Position numbers and translations under genes: made by a program. Of a stretch of DNA of 64,000 bases, positions 36,901 through 49,155 are shown piece by piece (within the stretch, counting starts at the first letter, position 1; each line of letters begins with the position of its first letter). The notes beneath the pieces are model-generated. The model worked only from the letters and a program-made list of their open reading frames with translations. It did not search any database and had not been told where the DNA came from. Source of the stretch: Eutreptiella sp. 'Long Island Sound 2002' (lineage: Eukaryota > Protista > Euglenida); NCBI GenBank assembly GCA_964036045.1, contig OZ038378.1, positions 6,138,001 through 6,202,000 of the forward strand, given 5' to 3'.

Positions 36901-38249
36901 AGTGCAGCTGGATCAACGATCTCTGGTTACTCAAGCCTCGGGCGATATATTCAGCTCCTGAAAATTGAGCGTCGGCGAACCCTGTCTTGGCTTTTCCACA
37001 CACACCATCAGCTACAACACCAACAAACCCCTGCTCCCAGGGAGACCAGTTGGCAAAGAGGGCAAAATCTGTACGTCGACGTGCTCGACACACGACCCAC
37101 AATGCAACCATACCTTCGGCAGACACGTTGTTGTCGCCAAGTTTGAGACGTGTTAGCGTCTGCAATTTCAGTAGTGGTGGGATCAGACTGCAGCTGGAGT
37201 TACCTGCATGCACGTGAAATACGTGGCGGCTGTGTGTTGCGTCGGGCCTGTTCTTCACGGTTTGCTTTTGTGCAGGCAACATACCGATCCGGTTGCCGAA
37301 CAGCTCCAAAGACGCCGCAGTGGGATGTTGGGCCAGGAAAGCGAGCAGTGCCGAACACCCCTGTGATATGAAAGGAGTGCTGCTCAAGATTTCACTGACC
37401 TCGGACAAGCACCAGCGCAGGAACAAGTGCAGGTCATGGCAGCCTGAATCGTTGACGACAGTATGCTTTGGATTCTGAGGGACTGATCGCAAAGTGGACT
37501 CTGGAGTCTCGCTCGCACGCTCTGCCTCACGATCGATCTCTGGCATTCACCCAAAACAACAGGGAGCACATTGTAAGGCAGAGCGTGCGAGACCACGAAC
37601 AACGGCAATCTCCAAAAACAGGACAACATGGAGCACAAAACTAAGGAGCGAAGCCCAAGCGTGCCGTGCGTCCTATCGCGTTACCAGGAACGCGCTGTAC
37701 TTTGTTCGCTGAATCTTCTGAGTTCATTGCCTCACCACAAGCATCAAACTGCAGCGCTGCTGGTACGGTTTCGTGTCCTGGACTTTCACCCACCGCGTAC
37801 GGAAGAAGGTCAAAAGCTTTGCTGCACCTCTCCCTCATCAAGACCCTCAGCAGGAAAGCCGATTCTCCTGGTGGGAGTGACAAAACAGACAAAACACCTC
37901 ATCCGAAAGCTCGACGTAATTCAAAGCGATGTCTGTGATACAGGACGATGCTCTCAGAGTGGCGATGACCGCTGGGACTTGGCTGTCGCCTGCTTGGCTG
38001 TGTGTGATGCTGATGCGCTGCAGCAGTTTCTGACACAAAAAAGACCGTGCAAAAGCAAAGTTTTTCAGCAGGAAACAAAAAGTACCGTAGCACGCAACAA
38101 TGAGAAACCTTTTTTTCGATGCATTCCCGTATCTGATTCAGAAATGAGGCTGAAGGACTGGTGCTTTGTTTCTTGCATGTCGTGAGATAGATGTAGCGTA
38201 CACGGGTAACTTCAGCCACGGTCTCAGAGGAATCATTAGATTTGCCCAT
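33912..38249 (-). CDS. RNI-like leucine-rich repeat protein, at least 10 exons
   Basis: Phase-consistent GT-AG exons: 38249-38109, 38029-37898, 37360-37285, 37203-37114, 36957-36859, 36570-36368, 36283-36210, 35526-35450, 34967-34830, 33995-33912. Repeats such as LHLGGNNIGDHG, LGIRDNGIGSLG, VQLKGNQISDEGAEYLA, IDLGNNRLGNSG. True 3' end lies further left. Confidence 0.88.
34131..34760. repeat. AT-richer insertion in an LRR intron, starting at a C/G run
   Basis: Begins with a C-run followed by G8, like the 2091-2107 junction; composition differs from flanking intron; right boundary approximate. Confidence 0.4.
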
Positions 38250-38514
38250 TTTCCAGCTTCGAATGAGTCTTTGGGGGTGATCGCGGTGGTCGCGCAACGA
38301 ACGTTACAACAGTCGCTTTAAGGGGTTTGTTTTCCTTACACGTGTGCTTTACGCCGCTTACGGCTTTAACAATCTCCGGCTTTTGTGTCGCGAAACGTGT
38401 TTTACTCTCCCTCCCTTTCTCCTTACCATTACCATCCAAGATAACCACGTCGGCAAAATGTACTCATTTGCAAAAAAGATCGACGAGTGAGTAGGCAGGG
38501 CAAAGAAGAAGCCA

Positions 38515-38860
38515 ATTGGGACATTACAAGACTTTCCTTTTTGGGGTGGTTGGAACCATTTGGGACATTAAAAGACCTTTTTCTAGGACATTAACACACT
38601 TTTTAGTCGAAGATGGAAAAATTTCCTCCGGGCGCGTTACGCCCGGTTTCTCTCTCCCCCCATGTTGACCTGGGTGGTGTGGGTTTTGGGGAAATTTGTC
38701 TTTCGGTTCGTTCATGTTTTTCTCTCCCCCCCCCGTGGTGACCAGGCCATTTGGGACATCAGTAGACTTGTCCCAAGAAGCCAGAATCTGAAGTCTTGGG
38801 ACATTATGAGGGCCATTTGGGACATTACCGAAACTTTCTTTCGGGACATTATTGGACATT
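38515..38860. repeat. Dispersed TGGGACATT motif cluster (transposon subterminal-like)
   Basis: About 8 copies of (T)GGGACATT/GGACATT near 38518, 38560, 38586, 38752, 38797, 38817, 38842 and 38852. Confidence 0.6.
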
Positions 38861-40196
38861 TCACTGAAGCGAGGTGAATCCCTTTCATGTCTCGTAGGTA
38901 CAAATACAAATGGGGATGTCGCAAAGTGCAACAAAGTCGGGGCTGTGACTGGGAATAGGGGGCCAACAAAGTGCATCATGCACGCTCAACTTCGCTTTCG
39001 GGGAGACGTTGAGGAGAATTGGCCCCACCTTGAAATATCGTCTGTGACATGCATTAACACTTAAAATTTCGACTGTTTTCGATCGTGATAGCAGTTCAGC
39101 TACTCAAAATGCTCAGCATTGTTTCTTTTGAGAAGTTTCGCGGAACTCTTTCGAACTTTGTGAAGTCATTGATTCTCGCCCCAAAGGCGCTTCTGCTTAT
39201 CACCTCTAGCCCTACATAGGCGAGACCACCCAGCCTTGCCCTATCGAGTACTAACGGCGGTTGGCCGTCAACCGACGGCGCTCGCGGTGAACCGCACATC
39301 TTCGCCTCCACTCAAGAACTCTAGTGAGGGCGATGCCTCAAGATGTTGAGAAGTCCACGTCATATTTGCATGGTGCCGGTTTCCTTTTGGGATCGGAGCG
39401 AATGGTGGATTGGAGGTTCGGTTCCCCAAGTGTCCCCGGATTCGAAATGCCAAGTCCGCTAAATTCACTCAAAATCGGCTCAGTCGAATCGATGGCTTGT
39501 GGTTAACCACATGCTTCGACGAGCCGTGGTAGCTGGTCTATTACGATCCCCCCTTTTGGTCCTTCACCCCCTCCTCCCCTCCTCACCTTGTGTACCGTAA
39601 GTGGCCATTTGTTTCGCCAACTTAAGGCCATGATAAAAAACCATTCCGTTTCCGTTGATCGCCAATCTTGCTAGGGGTGTTTGATTGTGGCATCGGCGCA
39701 AAGCAATAACTGTCTTTTTCTAAGATGAATTAGCCTTCGTATGTACAAGGATTTCTTGGTGGAACGTTGGTCAGGGAAGATGGCGTTTGAATGGTGGGCA
39801 AACTTGTTAGGACGCTTCACTTGCACTACCTGTGGTGTTATGTGGACGGAGCCCTGGGCTATTGGTTAGGGAAGATGGCTTTTGAATCAAGCATGCAAGA
39901 TGTGAAGGATGATAATATTTGAATGGTGGGCAAACTTGTTCGTACGTGGTGTTATGCGGAGGCCGGGGGCTAGCCACGGCGTGCTTGCACGACGGAAGAT
40001 GACAGGAGCAATTGCTGCGCACTAGTCCAATGAAGCACTCCAAACTACGACGCTGCACCCCACTCCACTCCACTTCCAAACTCCGACACACGTTGACGAA
40101 GCAAACGCAGGCATTGCTATGCCAAGGGGCTTAAGCGAGCGTTCGAAACGCTTGAAGTCATTGTATGTTCGGAACCGTGCTAACCATTGCTAAGTC

Positions 40197-41490
40197 TTGG
40201 GTGCCCTAGATTTTTTGGAATATGTGCCCTACTGCCCTACCACCTACTACCTAATACCAAAGCCCTGCCCACCCTCCTCCCTCCGAGACCACGCGAAACC
40301 CACCAATCCCCGTATTCATTTAATTTGGTTCAGAGCATTTGTTTGGAACTTGCGCGGTAGCGGTTCACTATCGGTGTGCCGGACGCCGTCGGGCGAGCGC
40401 AACGAAACGTCGTCTATGCCCGTGGATGATATAGAAATGGCCCACCGCAAGATGGATGTGTTTTCAAGCGTGGATTACGATTGGGACTCGGGCAAAGGCG
40501 GGCACTTTGCCTCCGCAACACAAAAGGACGTGGTATGCGCACCTCTGCGTGAGCGTTCATTTGCATTTGTTCTCTCGAGAGTGCCCTCCTTTTCACACGG
40601 CAATCGCTCCTCCAAGTGATATGATCCGTGCATTCGCGTGCCTCCGTTGTCGGGTCCCGGACGAGATACGGCCAGTACTCGTGAAGGACTATCGGTTACG
40701 TGCCAAACAGGTATGGAGCGTAAAATCATTTCCTTGCGCTGAACGGTTTGGAATGGTTGTGGACCACAACAGGAGGCGTCCAAACGTTCCTCAACCCTTA
40801 TTTCCTCGTTTCAAATGTTGAGACTCCCTCGGAGGTCGTAGGTGTACCCACCAAAATGTGCACACGGCCGGAAAGATGCGAGGCTGCATGCCATGAGCAT
40901 GAAGTCCTACGTCGTGCGCGCGTCCGAAAGCATGCATGTACACACGACGGCATGCTCCATCCCTTCATTTCTTAACTTGATTATTGCGAACAGTCTTTGC
41001 ATCATTCGCTTGCATGTGTGTGCTGACATGGGCCCCAGCGCGGCCACTTTTCGGGAAAAGTGGTGCGGGGTGGACACGGCTCAAGCACCGCGGTGGGTTT
41101 TGGTCACGAAGGAACGGTGGTAGTGTCCTAAAACATCCGTAAACACCCCTTGCATTGATTGCATGCGACAACCCAATGATAAGCTCAATTCTACTCTTGC
41201 GGTAGGACAATGCTAAGGATGGAAAACGGGACCACGGCACAACGATCAGGGAAAACCGTGCATGAAGTCCGCACAAATCAATTTTCAAAATCTTTTTGGC
41301 CCAATTGCATGCATCTAGGGCCAATAAGTGTAACACTGGGTGCGACGGCGAACCACCACACGTAAAGTGATGCGCGTGGATCTTACTTGTCACGAAAGCG
41401 GTGAGCTGGTTCGTTGGGAAAGCGGTGGTCGAGACCCGATGTGGACGGCGCATAATTGCGGCATTCACGCCGCAACCCCTCGTTGAGGGG
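40197..41490 (+). pseudogene. Frameshifted intronless ORF remnant with Cys/His motifs
   Basis: Consecutive protein-like pieces in shifting frames (MPVDDIEMAHRKMDVF..., MIRAFACLRCRVPDE..., KMCTRPERCEAACHEHEVLRR...HACTHDG, PCIDCMRQ). Confidence 0.3.
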
Positions 41491-41537
41491 CGGGTTCCGG
41501 TCAGTGGGGGGGAGGGGGCGGGGGGGGGGGGGGGCTC

Positions 41538-41595
41538 CAGCCGCCCAGCCACCCAGCCGCCCAGCCACCCAGCCACCCAGCCACCCAGCCACCTT
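41538..41595. repeat. (CCCAGCCA)n octamer repeat
   Basis: About 7 tandem CCCAGCC(A/G) units following a G-run. Confidence 0.85.
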
Positions 41596-41754
41596 GTCAC
41601 CTAGCCACCCAACCGTCTAGCCACCATATTGTGTTGGGCCTTGCACTTTTGCATTTTGCCTCTTTGCCTTTGCTCTCAAGATTACATGATGATGATGTGT
41701 CTCTGCAGCAGGTATTGGTACAATTTCCATGCACCTACGTTTGTCATGTTTGTG

Positions 41755-41793
41755 TAATTAGGTAATTAGGTAATTAGGTAATTAGGTAATTAG
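41755..41793. repeat. (TAATTAGG)n, ~5 copies
   Basis: Perfect tandem octamer. Confidence 0.92.
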
Positions 41794-42019
41794 TTGCATT
41801 ATGCATCGGGATGTGGTTATGGGATGTTTGGTCCAGTTGCACAATCACCAACACAACTGCCGTTGCAGTGTGTTGTAGCGTCCCCGTGTCCAACTAAGGT
41901 CGGCGAGCATGCATGGAGCTGCCCCAGTGCATGTGTTTTTTAGATAGGAAAAAATGTGTGAACTTGTTGGCATCTTTGCACAACAAATTCACATGCGTCG
42001 ACAGGACCGGGGATGTAGA

Positions 42020-43059
42020 ATGGCCGAGCCCGTGAAGTGTCCTAAGTGTGGTAAGCAGTTCAAGGACAAGAACGGTCTTGTGGGGCACGAGCCCATTTGT
42101 CCAATGCGTCCATCTACGGGAAAGTTTCTTCCCTTGGGGCAATTGCAACGCAAAAATTTCCATAACCCTTTTTTGCAAATTTGCCCAATTATTGCCGAAT
42201 TGCTTTTTGCCTTCCTTCCACAGCAAATGTGGATTCTTCTGGTGTTGTGTCGCCGGGTTTATGACGCATTGGTTCCCTTCAAGCCGCCGAAACCACAAAT
42301 CCCAATCATAGTCGAGCATGTAGGCAACGAGTCAGACGATAATTTGGATTCGGGAGAATGGATGTGGGGTGGGAGCATTGATAGCGGCTTGGGTGAACCA
42401 ACTGCACATGTGACAGGCAGCAACTCGACCTCTAGCTCTAGCTCAAGCTGTAGCTCTAGCCCAACCGCATGCATTGCACCACCACCACCACCACCACAGC
42501 CGGTTGCCCCAATGCAACCTCCGGTTGCCCCAATGCAACCACCTACAGGTTCCAGCTCAACCGGGCCTCTCCCCATCCCATCCCGTGCCTCAACCGCATC
42601 CGTTGCAAAGCCACATGCGGTTGCACCCATGCAACCACCCGTGAGGAGTATGATGATGACATGGGGGAGTTGATATGTAAAAAGCATAAGAAAGAGCAAA
42701 AGCGAGTGCCAACCAATTTCATTTTTGATCAAATGCTCACGTACCGCGACCCGGAGGACAACCGGCTCCGTATGGCCATTTCCATTTTTCAAAAGCGAAC
42801 AAAGGAGACAAGGTTTAACATCACAATTCGCTGTCTCCGGTTGCGGGAGGAAAAAGAGGATGGGTCTGCGGTGCTTGAGTGGGATGGAGGTAACATCCTT
42901 GTTCCTTATTGTTCGGTTGAAAAGGAAATTATCCCCCATTCCATGGATGGGAGAGGGTACTATGTTGTTGATGTTGAGACGTATCAAGAGGTCACTGCTG
43001 ATGACGAGGGCTCGGTGTATGGAGATGAAGAGGAGGAGGGCACTGTGGTAGAGGCATAG
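42020..43059 (+). CDS. Intronless C2HC zinc finger + F-box-like + Pro-rich + acidic C-terminal protein, one frameshift near 42640
   Basis: CPKCGKQFKDKNGLVGHEPIC = C-x2-C-x12-H-x3-C; PIIAELLFAFLPQQMWILLVLCRRVYDAL resembles the F-box consensus; the overlapping ORF 42469-43059 supplies a protein-like C-terminus from REEYDDDMGE onward. Confidence 0.55.
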
Positions 43060-43665
43060 CCATAGTCCCATATTTGCACCCTCTTTCGTCACGATATATA
43101 TTTTTCACCCCAATTTCTCTATTTCACTTTCGCATGGTAGCCCGTTGTTTGGGGCTCCTCTTCACAACAATGCGATATGAGACATTGATGATTGTCTTTG
43201 CATTATGTCTTTGCCACATTGTGTATCTTCAACTGCACTTGATATTGAGCATGGGAGGGAGGGTGGTCATTTCGCACTTCAAAAGAGGCCACACAACCTA
43301 GTAGCCCCAAATGCAGTAGCACATATAGCCACAAGTCAAAAGGGGTTGGCTTGCACCCCTAGGGACCCCAAGTGTGGCCGTTTTTTCTTCGTTTTCCTTG
43401 ATTTTGGCCAAATTTCCCCCCCAGCCATTTTTGGCCAGCCGTGGCCAGCCACGGGGGGGGAGGGGGGGAGGGGGGGGGGGAGGGGGGGTCCAACCCGCCC
43501 AGCCGCGGCTAGCCGCGGCTAGGAACACCCCCGAGGTAAGGCCATCATTTGTGGGCCTTGCGAGACGCCCCCCCCTCCGAGTACATTGCAACCCCTGTTG
43601 TAAGCGTATCCCGTGCTCATTTCGTACAGAGCCGACGGGTGTGCACGTGGTTTGGCCGGAAGATC

Positions 43666-46600
43666 ATGCACGTCGTCGGTGTCATGGCGACGTCGGTTAT
43701 CATGGCCATCGTTTTTGGGGTGTTGCAAGTCTCTTTGACCCAATTGTCAGGTAGAGTGGCCCTCCAAAAATTGCCAAAGGCGCGTTGTGAAGCACCCGGG
43801 AAGTCCGTACAACGCTGCGCTTTGCCCATCGTATCGTTCTCGTCTCGAGGTGAGTAGTAGCAAGGCGGGGTAAGAAGGAACTGTGATGAGTTTGTTTTGG
43901 AACTGTGTGAAACGGGTGGAATTGAATAGCGCTACACACGTAGGGCCCAAGAACAGACCAAAGACGTGCGGCCGTTGTTTTCGTTTTTCTCCGGTGCACG
44001 CCCGCGAAAGCGCAAGACCAGCGGCGAGTGTGCATACGGCAGAGTTTTGCAAGCTATTGGATGCATGCAGTTCTTGGTGAAGCGTCCAAGTTTGTGGTGA
44101 CGTCCTTAAGCCCCAAACAGGTTGCATGTGCGCAGTAACAACGCACGGTTTTGCACGGCACGCCATGCAAAGATGCAAATTAAGCACCACGCTCCACCTA
44201 GCAGCCAAGCCTTCTCACCATGCGTCCGATAACAACGCCGAACCCTGATGTCCTTCGAGTGCCCCGATGGACGCGAAGTGCAGCGTTGCATGATCGCCCA
44301 TTTCGCTTTTCGAACAGCCTTCCTCGTTGATTTGACGACAAAAACGTAGTTTTTGGGAAGGTCAAGCGTATGCGCTTGAAGAGGGGGGCTTCGAGGGCTT
44401 GAGCAGATCCAAGCGTTGATGCGATGGCCCCCTTGCGCACTTGCGCGACTACGGTGCGACCGATGGTTTGTGCCGTGTGTAGCACCGGAACATCGATCTC
44501 CCATGCGGCACAACGATGTTGCCCCTAGCGCTCGAGAGGCACCTAGAAATGTGCTTGCAATTGGGAAGCCGACCACTAGTTCATACCTTCATCGCCGTGC
44601 TCATCACCTCTCGCCAACATTCCATTCTTCAACCTCTCCCCGGTCCCGTGCGTTGTGTATTGCGGCTCGTGAGCTGCGGTGGGTTCGCCTGTGTGTCCCC
44701 CAGTGCGCCTTGCCATCGGCCAATGGACGAGGAATGGTTGGGTTCGTTTCTGGGGGCGAGCCCCAGCCCTTGGCTTTCGTGCCCCTCAGCTCCATCCTCC
44801 ACTTCAATGCAACCGTGGCCACCACCCCAAGCACCCAGTCCTACCCAATGCTCCACACCACGCCCTTGCCCCCTGCCCCTACGCACAGCTTTCATGGCCC
44901 CCTTGATCACTCTTGGGATGTACGCCGCCCCGATGGACGTGTGCCACAAAGTGTATCGCGCGAAGAGCACGGGGACCTTTGTCCTGCTGCCGTACCTTAC
45001 AATGCAACTTTGCTGTGCGTTGTGGGCCCGATATGGCTTCCAATTGGGTATTTGCCATCCCTGCCCTTGTAATACGCCCGTAAGAAGGACCCCCCCGCCC
45101 CTCCCCTCATACCAATGCTGCCTAATCTATCGCAAGTCGCGAAACAATGACAAGTATCGTGATCGCAGCACGTGCAGGACCCAACGCAAGCAGCCCTCCC
45201 ACGCCAGTGTTTGAGTGCTGTGCTGTGGAAAAGCCGAAGCAGGCTATTGCGGATGGTGGGCTAAATTCAGCGGAAACTACGGGACAACCGGAATTGGCGG
45301 TGCATCCAAGCCGCGGGGAAACCGGGAGTTCCGTGTTTCATCCACGACCGTATTGGATTTCGATTTGGCTGATTCACGCCTCGAAACTCCGGATTCTAGG
45401 TAGAGAAAGGCGCAGCGCACCAGCACATGCCAAAATCTTTCGAAACGACGTGTTTGGGAGATCCCGTGACATTCCAGACCCTTGCTTTGATTCAGTACTT
45501 TTCAATGCACGAACGAGCTTGTATGGACCGCCGTGCCAGTGTCCGAACACGACCCAATGAAACTCCGTCTGCGGTTTGCATGAATGAAGTCTATTTGAGG
45601 CCGGGAGCGGCAAACGTGATTGCTGTGCTGTGCAACAAGAAGGCGAAGAAGCACAAGTGTACACGGCAGAAACACTTCAAAGGGCAGCGGGGAAGACCCA
45701 GCAGACGCCCAGAACACCGTAGCGTACGCGTGCCACCCCACGTAAGTACACTAATGCCGCGCCGCGCTGTGGCTTGGCAAGATAGAGCCGTCTCCAAATG
45801 ACCCTCCACCGGCGCGCGCTGGTGGGTTCATGGTCAGCTGCATGGCATATCGTCTTTCAGGGGACCTCTCTCTGATCCTGACCAACGCCCTGGGGGTGCT
45901 TGCGTCCAGCTTCACAATAGGTCTGTGCTGTGTGCTGTGCACTGTGGTACCGAACGATCGACGCCGGGTAGTCCGTGGCTACTTGTTAGCGGCGGATGAA
46001 TGGCGGAATTTTTTCGGGAAACGTGGTCTCGGTATGCACCTTGTACAAGTGCGCGCTCGCCCGCTTGTCTGGCCCGCAGCCCGCGGGAGTACCAGGGGCA
46101 TCATGGGTCAGCCAACTGCTCGCGGGAGACGGAAGATTTCTGCGGCAGATATTGTCTCTGGAGGAACGTGATTCATCATGAAACAGCCACGGTCCGGCTT
46201 TGACCGAGGCCAGTGTCAGTGTCGGAGCTGGGGCCGTCTTGCGACACGAGTCGCGGTGTTCTCCTCTTCTACGCCTGCAGGTGTGTTCTTATATTTCATT
46301 GAAAGCGACAAGTCAGCCCCTGCTTGGAAGCAGTTGGGGGGTTGCGCGGTGCTGCTGAGTGCCCTCATGATGTATCCGGCTGACCTCTACACGCAAGGTC
46401 TGATGGCGTCTTGCGTCTCCGTAGCCCTTTACGGGTCGCCGTTGGTCACGGTATGCCCGCACGTGCAGTGCTTCACGGATTCAGCCGCCGACCCCAGGGG
46501 ATTTGAGGGACGTTGGCACCGGCAAAGGAGGTGCGGTGCAGCGCCCAGAGGCGGGTCGCACCGACAGTTACCGAGCACAAAAGGCACCAGGCCTCTGCAC

Positions 46601-48406
46601 TCATTTCGAGTCCTCTGTTCGGCAAGGTAACGGTATTTGTTGTTCTGTGCCGCATGACGGATGGTGTGTGCACCACAGCGCCATAGCACACTACACCGGT
46701 GCCGCAGCGCATCGGTGGATCCGCACCCCCGTGCCTCGGTACATGAGAGCTGCTGCACCACAGTGCCATGGCACCCCTATGCAAATCAGTGCGCGGCGTC
46801 AGTGCCACAATGCCAAAGCCCTCGGCCCTGTCCCGTGCACTCGCCATGGACCTCCGCAGGCCCACCAGGCCTCCATGGCCCCAGTGCTCCTGTCCGTTAG
46901 GCCCCCGTACACCAGGGAGGCCCCATCCTTGTCGCCATGAGGGGATTGCGGTCAAGAGACACGGCATCCTCAGCGTCGTGAGGGGAATGGGGTCCGAGTC
47001 CACGCGTCTGGCCTGCCGTGCAACAGCACCTCAGCGCACAATGGACGGCTCTCGCTCTCATCACACCCAACAAACATCGGCGACTCTCATTGCCACTCGA
47101 CAGCAATAAAAAGGCCTCATATTACCTCAGCAATCCCTTTCCACAACATCCATCACCTCGAAACTCTCAACGACCCTCAACAGTCGCGTTCCGTTTCAAC
47201 CTTGCACGACCTGTTACCGTAGCAACCTCAGCCGTGTAGAAACCGGGAACTAGACGTAGCAAACGGTGGTACACAAGTCGAACCAAGCTGAGTACCATGG
47301 AACGCCGTCCGGTTCAAGGACGGCCGGCCCTTTATTTCCGCCCCCCCCCCCCCCTGTCTAGACGCAGAATCGTTTGCTTTCACATTCTGCCATGATTTTC
47401 TGTTGGTGTGCAACAGCAATTTCGTTATGCTACACGTGTGCAGGTGGCGGAGGTCATCAGATCAAAGGACAGTGCGTCCCTACCCTTTGTCCAAGTGGTC
47501 ACCAATACCCTTACCTCGGGCGCATGGGCTATCTATGGAAGTTGCATAGGTAGCGGCCTCCACCACTCCTCTTTCTTTTGCCTCTCGGCAGGAGAAGATC
47601 ATTTTCCCGTGCTTGAAGCCATTTTCCGGACCCCCATCGCACCCGGAGGGGGTTTCTGTGGCCACACCATTGCCTTGGCCGCCGCTTCGTAGGGACCTGG
47701 ACAGCAACAAAACTGAAAAGCATATTTTTTTTTGGACTCGGGAGAACTAGAAAAGTTGCTTTTAGCCTTTTTGAACAGACAATTTGTTCAAAAAAAAATC
47801 CTCAGTGGCTTGTTGAGATTAACTCAGGGTTGTGGGGTTGCGGAGCATTGTTAGGGGCAGAGTGTGAAGGGCTGCATGTGGAGTGTCATGCCGTATAGGC
47901 GGGTACACGGCGGGTAAGGTTGATGAGGAATGTCCAGGATTGCTGATCGTTTGCAAAAGGTGTTGGGTTTTGTTGAGAATTGTAGGGTGACATCGAGCGC
48001 GGTTTGGGTTGTTGAAGGTTACAGAGGCTTTTTGCATGCCGTTGAGGGCTGTTGGGCATCGTTTAAGGCTGTTGCGCGTTATTGAACGTCGAACAGGGCT
48101 ATTGGGTTGTGGAAGGTTGTAGGAGGAGAGGGTTGTGGAGGGTTGTGTATTTTGATCGCAGCAAATCAAAGTTTGTCTCTGGAGGTTTGTTTTTTGACAG
48201 CCATCGTTGACGGATTCCAGGACCATCCCTCCTCCCCCGCACCCTGGACGTGCCATTGGCGATTTGTTGTGTGCTCTACAGGCAATTCATTCATCCAGAT
48301 CCCCAATTCTTTGGGAGTGGTCCTTAGCACTGTGCAGTTGTATTTGTGCTGGAAGTATCCTGCTTCCAAAGGGGACGCAGCGGCCCTCACAGCTATGAAA
48401 GTGTAA
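43666..48406 (+). CDS. SWEET: SWEET/MtN3 family sugar transporter, 6 exons, 267 aa as modelled
   Basis: GT-AG exons 43666-43849, 44889-45047, 45861-45920, 46281-46450, 47444-47549, 48282-48406 (804 nt, in frame). Two MtN3 repeats: MYAAP...KSTGTFVLLPY...LWARYG...LILTNALG and LYGSPL..VAEVIRSKDSASLPF...WAIYG...FIQIPNSLG...QLYL. Exon 1 is the least certain. Confidence 0.9.
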
Positions 48407-49141
48407 TTTGCATCTGGTGCAGACTACGAAGAAGGCTTCTCCTACGGCGTGCCGTGCGCGATTTGGGCACATGACCTTGAATAAATTGCAGGGGAGCTCC
48501 GCGTCTAGTGGAACCCTTGCTGTGCCCAGGGCCAAGCGCGTTGCAATACAACTATTTCATCGCAGCCTGAAGCCCTGTGGGAGACATTTTGGACCAGAAT
48601 CTCCGGGGTGGTGTGCACTTGCCGCGATTTTGTGCTCCGCAATCGATAGTACACAGCCTGCGGGGATTTCAAAGATCGCCCTTCAAAGGGGGAGCTGCTG
48701 AACGCGCACCAAGGAAGGAAGGCCCATTTGATGCCTCCCAAGGTGCTGCCCACAAGGGATGGGGTATAGGCATTCATGGGTGAGCGGATTACTGGGCTTT
48801 TTACCCGTGATGGAGAAAGGGATTGCTCATCGAGGTCGGGTTTGAATGCGAGCCTTACACTAGATGACGTTGACCGTCGGGACGTCAGGCATCAGTCAGT
48901 GTCCTCAGCGCTGTGGTGTCCCTCCTCCATTTGCAGCCCAGAAGACCACAGCCTTGCGAGGTGCGTTCCTGTCCATACTCAAGGTCTGCAGCATACCGAG
49001 TTTGGCGAGCCCCCCTCCTTTTTTTTTTTTTTGAAGGGGGATGTAATTGGGTGGGCCTGACTCCTGTGAACATCAGCACCCACCACCCAAACACTGCCAA
49101 GCGAATGCCTGCCCCCCCCCCCCCCTGCTTGGACCCGTCGC

Positions 49142-49155
49142 TAAGAAGGGCCCTG
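49142..49155. mobile_element. Solo right terminus resembling the hAT MITE at 57549
   Basis: TAAGAAGGGCCCTG resembles the MITE right TIR (TTAAAAGGAGCCCTG) and is preceded by GGACCC; no partner TIR or TSD found. Confidence 0.35.

Noticed and set aside
38496-39243. Possible hAT TIR pair CAGGGCAAAG / CCTTGCCCTA
   Set aside because: The flanking 8-mers (TGAGTAGG vs TCGAGTAC) do not form a TSD.
41755-41793. Interstitial telomere
   Set aside because: The unit is TAATTAGG rather than TTAGGG and only ~5 copies long; kept as a plain repeat.
44416-44888. Extra SWEET exon in intron 1
   Set aside because: Exon 1 already joins exon 2 in phase, and I found no clean acceptor/donor pair preserving frame; cDNA would settle it.
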